Shown here: positions 57,756 to 64,000 of the stretch, in pieces
Layout of the letters: every line of letters begins with the position of its first letter
How positions within the stretch are numbered: the stretch's first letter is position 1
Source of the DNA: Actinomycetes bacterium
Lineage (GTDB): Bacteria > Actinomycetota > Thermoleophilia > Gaiellales > F1-60-MAGs149
DNA: 64,000 nt
NCBI GenBank assembly: GCA_025360225.1
Contig: JANYCN010000029.1
Span: 36,792-100,791, forward strand
Direction of reading: 5' to 3'
The notes under the pieces: generated by a model
What the model was told of the DNA's origin: nothing
The model's input: only the letters and a program-made list of their open reading frames with translations
Databases searched by the model: none
Made by a program: the position numbers and the translations under genes

Positions 57756-60401
57756 ATGACCGGCATTGACTTCGAGGGGACGCAGGTCCCACTGCAGGCG
57801 GGCGACACGATCGCGGCGGCGCTGTACCGCAGCGGCACGCGCGTCTTCTCGCGCTCGTTCAAGTACCACCGCCCGCGCGGCCTGTACTGCGCGGCGGGAG
57901 ACTGTCCGAACTGCCTCGTCACCGTCGACGGCGAGGTCAACGTCCGCGCCTGCGAGTGCGCAGCGAAGGCCGGCCAGAAGGTGTCGCGCCAGAACGCGTG
58001 GCCGAGCGCCGACCGCGACGCCCTGAGCATCATCGACAAGATGCACTGGGCACTGCCGGTTGGCTTCTACTACAAGGCCGGTATCAAGCCGAAGTTCGCC
58101 TGGCCCATGGTCGAGCCGTTCATCCGCAAGATGGCGGGACTCGGGTTCGTCGACCACCACGACGCTCCGCGCCACCTCGTCCGCGTGAACCACCATCCGG
58201 AGGTCCTCGTGATCGGCGCCGGCGTCGCCGGCCTGTCGGCAGCGCTCGCCGCCGCCGGCGCTGGCAAGTCGGTCCTCGTGATCGACGAGAAGGCACCGGG
58301 GCATCGCGTGGCCGTCGGGGAAACGCGAGCCGCGATCGACCGCCTCGTCGGCGAGGTCACGGCGCACGGCGCGATCACGACGCAGTGGAACACGGCAGCG
58401 ACCGGCATCTTCGAGGGGCCGCTCGTGATCGCGGTCGACGCGACGCGCGAGGAGACGCTCCACGTCCACCCGGGAGCGATCGTTGTCGCCGCCGGAGGGC
58501 GCGAGATCCACCGCGTGTTCCGCGGCAACGACCTTCCCGGCGTGATGCAAGCGCGCGGAGCCGCTCGGCTTGCAGGCGTGCACGGCCTGAAGCTCGGCGA
58601 GCGGGCGGTCGTCTGGGCCGAGCAGCCAGAGGCGCTCGCACACGTGGAGACGCTCCAGCGCGCCGGCGTGACCGTCGTCGCGGTCGTCGCTCCTGACGGT
58701 CTCGACACCTCGAGCGTCACGGTCGAGGTCGTGCGCGGTGAGGTGACGGCCGCGAACGGCAAGAAGCGTCTGGCGAGCGTCGTTGCCGGTGGCCGGACAA
58801 TCGCGTGTGACGTGCTTGCGATCGGTTCCGAGATCCAGGGCAACGAGCACCTCGTACGGCTCTCCTACGACCTGCCGGTGGTGATCGCCGGCGACTGCAC
58901 CGGTCGCCATCACACGCTCGAGGAGGCTGCTGCGAGCGGCACGTCCGCCGGCACCGCGGCCGCAGCCGGGCCAGCGCTGTACGCCGTCGAGCCGGTGCGT
59001 CCGCGCACGTGCGGCTCGGACGGCTACGTCTGCCTCTGCGAGGACGTCTCGGTGAAGGACATCGAGGTGGCCTGCAAGGAAGGCTTCGACTCCGCAGAGC
59101 TCTTGAAGCGCTACACGACGGTGACGATGGGGCCGTGCCAGGGGCGGATCTGCGCCGACCAGCTGCGAGCCGTCGCCGAGCGCGTCACGCCCGAGCTGGC
59201 GGAGCGCGTTGGCGCGCCAACGACGCTGCGCCCGCCGACCCGTCCGATCACGCTCGAGCAGGCCGTCGCCGGCGCCGCGCACCACATCGAGCGGCACACG
59301 ACGCTCACATCCAAGCACCTCTCGGCCGGCGCGTCGATGATGTGGGCGGGCGTCTGGAAGCGTGTCGAGGCCTACAACGGCGACGTTCAGGGCGAGTACG
59401 CGGCGGTGCGCGAGCGCGTCGGCGTGATCGACGTCGGCACGCTCGGCAAGTTCCTCGTCGGCGGAAAGGACGCGACCGCGTTCCTCGAGCGGCTGTACCC
59501 GATGAAGATCGCCGATCTTGAGGCAGGCCGGCTGCGTTACGGCCTCCTGCTCGAGGAGGGCGGCGTGATCATCGACGACGGCACCGTCTGCGCGCTCGGC
59601 GATGGCCGCTACTACATCACGGTGACGACGTCGGGCGCCGAGCGCCTCGAGTCGTGGATGCTCGACTGGGCCGAGGCGTGGGGGCACGAGGTGTACGTCG
59701 TGAACCAGACGGCGTCGCTCGGCGCGATCAACGTCGCTGGCCCGCAGGCGCGCGCAGTGCTGGAGAAGCTGACGAGCGACGCGGTCGACCGCGAGAGCTT
59801 CCCGTACATCCGACACCGCCAGATCACGGTCGCCGGCGTACCGTGCCTTGCGATGCGCCTCGGCTTCGTCGGCGAGCTGGCCTACGAGCTGCACTTCCCC
59901 GCCTCTCAGGCCGAGCGGCTCTGGGACGCGATCATCGAGGCCGGCAAGGCGTTTGACATCCGCCCCTTCGGGCTGATGGCGCAGCGTCTGTTGCGGCTCG
60001 AGAAGGGGCACATCATCGTCGCCCAGGACACCGACTTCGAGACGACGCCGTGGAAGGTCGGGATGGAGTGGGCGGTCAAGCTGGACAAGCCCGACTTCGT
60101 CGGCAAGGCGGCCCTCCTCCGCCACCAGAAGCGCACCGATCGCGAGCTGCTCGTGCCGTGGGTCATGCCCGCGGGGACGGCGTGCCCGCCTGAGGGCACC
60201 GTGATCACCGTCAACGGAGCGCTCTCCGGGCGTGTCACGTCCGCCTGGCACTCCCCCACGCTCGGGCACCCGCTAGGGCTTGCCTGGGTCGTCAACGCTC
60301 ACGCAAAGGACGGCGCGGCGGTCAACGTCGGCGGGACGACCGCCACGGTTCGCGTCGGCCATGCTTTCTACGACCCGCAGGGGGAGAAGCTCCGTGCCTG
60401 A
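57756..60401 (+). CDS. soxA: Sarcosine oxidase alpha subunit
   Basis: ATG 57756 follows GTAGGAG. ...RSFKYHRPRGLYCAAGDCPNCLVTVDG.... NAD/FAD Rossmann VLVIGAGVAGLSAA. C-terminal GcvT-like folate-binding domain. Confidence 0.92.
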   Translation: MTGIDFEGTQVPLQAGDTIAAALYRSGTRVFSRSFKYHRPRGLYCAAGDCPNCLVTVDGEVNVRACECAAKAGQKVSRQNAWPSADRDALSIIDKMHWALPVGFYYKAGIKPKFAWPMVEPFIRKMAGLGFVDHHDAPRHLVRVNHHPEVLVIGAGVAGLSAALAAAGAGKSVLVIDEKAPGHRVAVGETRAAIDRLVGEVTAHGAITTQWNTAATGIFEGPLVIAVDATREETLHVHPGAIVVAAGGREIHRVFRGNDLPGVMQARGAARLAGVHGLKLGERAVVWAEQPEALAHVETLQRAGVTVVAVVAPDGLDTSSVTVEVVRGEVTAANGKKRLASVVAGGRTIACDVLAIGSEIQGNEHLVRLSYDLPVVIAGDCTGRHHTLEEAAASGTSAGTAAAAGPALYAVEPVRPRTCGSDGYVCLCEDVSVKDIEVACKEGFDSAELLKRYTTVTMGPCQGRICADQLRAVAERVTPELAERVGAPTTLRPPTRPITLEQAVAGAAHHIERHTTLTSKHLSAGASMMWAGVWKRVEAYNGDVQGEYAAVRERVGVIDVGTLGKFLVGGKDATAFLERLYPMKIADLEAGRLRYGLLLEEGGVIIDDGTVCALGDGRYYITVTTSGAERLESWMLDWAEAWGHEVYVVNQTASLGAINVAGPQARAVLEKLTSDAVDRESFPYIRHRQITVAGVPCLAMRLGFVGELAYELHFPASQAERLWDAIIEAGKAFDIRPFGLMAQRLLRLEKGHIIVAQDTDFETTPWKVGMEWAVKLDKPDFVGKAALLRHQKRTDRELLVPWVMPAGTACPPEGTVITVNGALSGRVTSAWHSPTLGHPLGLAWVVNAHAKDGAAVNVGGTTATVRVGHAFYDPQGEKLRA

Positions 60402-60897
60402 TCTCTTCACCGTTCACGACGCAGCGAAGGTCCGGTGCTTCGCGCCGCCTGCGGCGATCGATGCGCTCGCGACGCCTGCCGGCGCGCTCCGTGGTCGGAT
60501 CGCTCCAAACGAGGTCGTCTTCGTCGGTGAGCCCGGCACGGCAGCGGCGATCATCGCGACCTGCTCGTCCTCGCTGGCGAGCGAGGGTGCAAGCGCGATG
60601 GTCGTCGACCACACCGACGGCTGGACGCTGTTCTCGCTCGTCGGCGACGGCGCCGAGGACGTGTTCGCCCGCATCTCGATGGTGCCGCTGCCCGTGGCGT
60701 CAGGCGACGCGAGCTTCTTCATGGGTCGCATTGGCGACGTCGCTTCCAAGGCGTTTCGGCGAACCGGACGGATCGACTTCATGACGGGCATGGAGACATC
60801 CCGCCACGTGCGTGAGGTGCTCGAGCATGCTGGCCATGCGGTCGGGATGCACGCCGTCCCGACGCCGGATACGAACCCGATCGGAGCTGCACGGTGA
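60394..60897 (+). CDS. soxG: Sarcosine oxidase gamma subunit
   Basis: GTG 60394 overlaps the soxA stop. 167 aa. Size and position are typical of SoxG. Sequence similarity is weak, as is usual for this subunit. Confidence 0.7.
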   Translation: MPDLFTVHDAAKVRCFAPPAAIDALATPAGALRGRIAPNEVVFVGEPGTAAAIIATCSSSLASEGASAMVVDHTDGWTLFSLVGDGAEDVFARISMVPLPVASGDASFFMGRIGDVASKAFRRTGRIDFMTGMETSRHVREVLEHAGHAVGMHAVPTPDTNPIGAAR

Positions 60898-62108
60898 GCG
60901 GTCTGTTCAAGGGGCGCACGTGGTGGAAGCGCACCGATCTGAAGAAGCGCTACGACGTCGTGATCATCGGTGGCGGCGGCCACGGCTGCGCGACGGCGTA
61001 CTACCTGGCGAAGAACTTCGGCATCACGAACGTCGCGGTGCTCGAGAAGAACTACATCGGTGCTGGTGGCACGGGCCGTAACACGACGATCATCCGCTCG
61101 AACTACCGCACCCCGGAGGGCATTCGCTTCTACGAGCGCTCGATGGAGCTGTTCCGCGGCCTGAGCCAGGAGCTCGACATCAACATGATGCTGTCGAAGC
61201 TTGGGCACTTCACGCTCGCGCACACCGACTCGTCGGTCCGCGTGCAGCGCGAGCGCGGCGAGACGAACCGCCTGCTCGGCGTCGACTCGCGCCTGATTGG
61301 CGTTGAGGAGATTCGCGAGCTCTGCCCCGAGCTGAACCTGAGCCGCGACGTCGCGTTCCCGATCCAGGCCGCGCTCTACCACCCGCCGGGATCGGTCCTG
61401 CGTCATGACGCCGTCGTCTGGGGCTACGCGACGGGTGCCTACCACCGCGGCGTCGAGCTGCACCAGGGCGTCGAGGTGACGGGAATCCGTAAGGACTCGA
61501 CCGGCAAGTGCGTCGGCGTCGAGACGAACGAGGGCCCGATCGACGCCGGAGTCGTGATCTCCGCCGTCGCAGGCTGGACGACGTCGGTGTGCGACATGGC
61601 AGGCGTACGCACGCCGATCACGAACCATCCGCTGCAGGCGTTCGTCACCGAGCCAGTGAAGCCGATGCTGCACAAGATCCTCGTCTCCGCGAGCCTTCAC
61701 GTCTACGTGTCGCAGACGGATCGCGGCGAGTTCCTGATCGGATCGGAGATCGAGCCGTACACGACCTTCAACCTCAGGTCGACGTTCACGTTTACCCAGC
61801 ACTCCTCGGCGAACGCGCTCGACCTGGTGCCGCAGCTCGCGCGCCTGAAGATCATGCGCCAGTGGACAGGCTACTGCGACATGACCCCTGACTACTCGCC
61901 GATCATGGGTGAGACGGGCGTCGAGAACTTCTACCTCGACGCCGGCTGGGGCACGTGGGGCTTCAAGGCCACCGCCGTCTGCGGCGAGACGATGGCGCAG
62001 ATGGCCGCGACGCAGAAGACGCCCGACCTGATCGCGCCGTTCCGCCTCTCGCGCTTCGCCGACGAGCAGCTCGTACCGGAGAAGGCCGCAGCCTCCGTCT
62101 CGCACTGA
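60894..62108 (+). CDS. soxB: Sarcosine oxidase beta subunit
   Basis: GTGA overlap with soxG. YDVVIIGGGGHGCATAYYLA dinucleotide motif, ...GTGRNTTIIRSNY.... 404 aa. Confidence 0.93.
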   Translation: MSGLFKGRTWWKRTDLKKRYDVVIIGGGGHGCATAYYLAKNFGITNVAVLEKNYIGAGGTGRNTTIIRSNYRTPEGIRFYERSMELFRGLSQELDINMMLSKLGHFTLAHTDSSVRVQRERGETNRLLGVDSRLIGVEEIRELCPELNLSRDVAFPIQAALYHPPGSVLRHDAVVWGYATGAYHRGVELHQGVEVTGIRKDSTGKCVGVETNEGPIDAGVVISAVAGWTTSVCDMAGVRTPITNHPLQAFVTEPVKPMLHKILVSASLHVYVSQTDRGEFLIGSEIEPYTTFNLRSTFTFTQHSSANALDLVPQLARLKIMRQWTGYCDMTPDYSPIMGETGVENFYLDAGWGTWGFKATAVCGETMAQMAATQKTPDLIAPFRLSRFADEQLVPEKAAASVSH

Positions 62109-62115
62109 TGCAGGT

Positions 62116-62148
62116 GCGCCACCCGTGCTTCGTCGGCACGGGTGGCGC
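62116..62148. terminator. Perfect 13-bp hairpin between convergent soxB and the BNR gene
   Basis: GCGCCACCCGTGC-N7-GCACGGGTGGCGC, read directly. Confidence 0.5.
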
Positions 62149-62212
62149 GCCTTCACCGTCTCGCCCCTGAGGGCGACGCTGGGGTGAGCACCGCGCCCGA
62201 ACGCGGCGAGGA

Positions 62213-64000
62213 TTAGGCCAGCCTGACCGCCCAGACGCCCCGTCCGTGCGTGCCGGCGACGAGGGTGTGCGTGCGCTCGTGCACCTCGAGCGAGTAGACA
62301 GCAACGCGCGGCAGTCCGCTCGTGAACAGCGTCCACCGCGTCCCGTGCCCCGGGAGTCGAAACACACCGATGTCCGTCGCGGCGTAGAGGTCGTTGTTTC
62401 GGTGGTCGATCGCGAGCGCGGTCACCGGGACGTCCGGCAGGTTGAAGCTGATGTCGCGCGTCGTCATCGACTGGTCAGCAGCACCAAGCCGGTGCGGGGT
62501 GACGCTGTACACGTGGCCCGGAAGGTCGAGCGTGTTCGCGCCGTACCCGGAGAACGCCACGATCGACATCCCCTCCGGGCCCGTCACGGGGACGATGCCC
62601 GAGACGAAGCGGTTCGGCATCGTGTCGGAGTCGATCCGTGACCACACGACGTCGCTTGCAACGGGGGCACGCAGGTTGAGCGTCTCGAACACACGGCCGG
62701 CGCGGGTCCCCGCCCAGGCGATGTCGGGATTGTCGGGCGACTGCGTGATCCAGGTGACGAACTCGCCGGCCTTCGTCCCACCACCAGACGTCAGCGGCGC
62801 ACCGAGCGGTGTCCAGTCGCCGCAGGTGAAGCTCGGGTCAGGCGTACCCTGCAGCTCGTTGCAGTGCAACGCCACGTTGGCCGCATCGGCACCGGTCATC
62901 CCCCCGGCGTCGGCGGTTCGCCACACGTGCTCGAGCCCGACGTAGGCCGTCGTCGCCGAGACGCGATCTGCCTGCAAGGGGACGTAGAAGCTCGCGAGCT
63001 CGCCCGAGCGAATCAGCGGATCGCCGGTGAACACCCACGACGACGACCCGCCGCCGCTCAGCGAGACCTCGGGCGACGCGTCGGTGTACGTGTGCCAGAT
63101 CGTCTGTCCATCGGTCCCGATCGCCGCAGGGCCACCGTCACCGAAGATCACGTTCGCCCAGCGGCCGCCGCGCAGCACCTCGGTGCCGTTGTCCTGCGTG
63201 CCACCGACGATCAACCCGAGGCCGTGGTTGCGGTCGAGCGCGACGCCCTGGAACTGGAGCGTCGCAAGCCCCGCGTTGAGGTTCACGAGGCGGCGCGGGA
63301 TGGCGCCAAGGCGGCGCTCACATCGCGCGAAGCCGGGCCCGAACAGCGCCCGGTCGATGCAGTCGCCGCTGTGGTCGACGTAGCGTCCATCGCTCCGCCA
63401 GATGCCACCATCGCTGCCGGCAAACCAGATCCGCGAGTCCGCCGCGAACGCCAGCGCGTGCATGTCCGGATGCAGACCGCGGGTCGAGCCGTCGAGCGTG
63501 ACGTCCGACCAGCTCCGACCGCCGTCGGTCGAGCGCACGAGGATCCTCCCGTTCGACTCGTACGGCAACGTGCCGCCGATCGTGCCGGTGATGTCGTCGT
63601 ACGACGCGCTACCGCCGACGTAGACGACGTTCGGGCGCCTCGGGTCGGCACGCACGACGAGGTCGTAGCTGCACTGGTCGGCACACAGACCGTGCGCGTC
63701 GGAGGTGCCGCTCACCGGGTTGGTGCTCGTCACCTTCACGAGCCGTGGACGGCCGGAGCGCGCGTTCGTCGAACGCCAGAGATCGCCGCCATCGTGGCCG
63801 ACGTACGCGTACATCGTCGACGGTCGGGCCGGAGACACGTCGACGTCGATGCGCTCGGCATCATCGGCGTGCGGATCAGGCACCGCCAGCACCTGCCGCC
63901 AGCGTCTGCCGCCATCGGTTGACTCCTGCAGCCCGTAGCCGGAGACCGCGGCGTACACCGTGTGCCGGTCAGCCGGGTTCAGAAGGACGCGGGTGACGGC
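62213..64000 (-). CDS. BNR/Asp-box repeat beta-propeller protein (GH74/sortilin-like), N-terminus outside window
   Basis: Repeated S.DGG..W boxes (STDGGRRWRQV, STDGGRSWSDV). The frame stays open to the window edge. Confidence 0.8.
   Translation of the reverse strand, partial: AVTRVLLNPADRHTVYAAVSGYGLQESTDGGRRWRQVLAVPDPHADDAERIDVDVSPARPSTMYAYVGHDGGDLWRSTNARSGRPRLVKVTSTNPVSGTSDAHGLCADQCSYDLVVRADPRRPNVVYVGGSASYDDITGTIGGTLPYESNGRILVRSTDGGRSWSDVTLDGSTRGLHPDMHALAFAADSRIWFAGSDGGIWRSDGRYVDHSGDCIDRALFGPGFARCERRLGAIPRRLVNLNAGLATLQFQGVALDRNHGLGLIVGGTQDNGTEVLRGGRWANVIFGDGGPAAIGTDGQTIWHTYTDASPEVSLSGGGSSSWVFTGDPLIRSGELASFYVPLQADRVSATTAYVGLEHVWRTADAGGMTGADAANVALHCNELQGTPDPSFTCGDWTPLGAPLTSGGGTKAGEFVTWITQSPDNPDIAWAGTRAGRVFETLNLRAPVASDVVWSRIDSDTMPNRFVSGIVPVTGPEGMSIVAFSGYGANTLDLPGHVYSVTPHRLGAADQSMTTRDISFNLPDVPVTALAIDHRNNDLYAATDIGVFRLPGHGTRWTLFTSGLPRVAVYSLEVHERTHTLVAGTHGRGVWAVRLA

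Overview
The window is a high-GC (about 70% by eye), actinobacterium-like chromosomal segment. Zn-ribbon forms of L24, S14 and L36 hint at a deep-branching lineage such as Thermoleophilia or Rubrobacteria, but this cannot be verified here.

Layout:
- (1) 1-7469: distal S10/spc ribosomal operon, rpmC'-rpsQ-rplN-rplX-rplE-rpsN-rpsH-rplF-rplR-rpsE-rpmD-rplO-secY-adk-map.
- (2) 7472-18775: an ~11.5 kb carbohydrate-utilisation island. It holds a DeoR regulator, two PfkB kinases, a LacD/YihT-type aldolase, a GH4 glycosidase, an amidohydrolase_2, a SIS protein, and a CUT1 ABC transporter with two paralogous binding proteins. It sits where infA normally lies. Two of its transporter genes are frameshifted.
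- (3) 18986-24264: rpmJ-rpsM-rpsK-rpsD-rpoA-rplQ, then three translationally coupled non-ribosomal genes (DcrB-like, TPR, DoxX), then truA.
- (4) 24269-37837: mixed housekeeping and accessory genes. These are a PilZ receptor, a long AbrB-domain protein, a Ca2+/H+ antiporter, an acyl-CoA synthetase, a HAD phosphatase, ligA, a PBP4-type peptidase coupled to an orphan NarL-type response regulator, pckG, a 3D-domain wall protein, and a quinone oxidoreductase.
- (5) 37848-39450: a 338-bp MITE, tRNA-Leu(UAA), ppx, and initiator tRNA-fMet with its own promoter and terminator.
- (6) 39507-49142: a third PfkB kinase, an MprF-like membrane protein, an APC permease, Usp, transaldolase, an amidase coupled to a second LacD-like aldolase, an internally duplicated lipoprotein, and tRNA-Leu(GAG).
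- (7) 49190-52130: lexA with a perfect SOS box, cupin-scoA-scoB, and RNase P RNA.
- (8) 52163-64000: an SDR, an S9 peptidase, a PRC-barrel protein, a second MITE copy, fhs divergent from a soxD-A-G-B heterotetrameric sarcosine oxidase operon, and a truncated BNR-repeat protein.

The most unusual signals:
- A previously unannotated MITE family with ~44-nt terminal inverted repeats and CTAG flanks. One copy sits exactly between the stop codons of two convergent genes.
- The sugar island splitting the ribosomal super-operon.
- Several structured, ORF-free regions that remain unexplained.

No CRISPR array, rRNA or intact transposase was seen. The many long ORF-track entries antisense to real genes are high-GC shadow ORFs.
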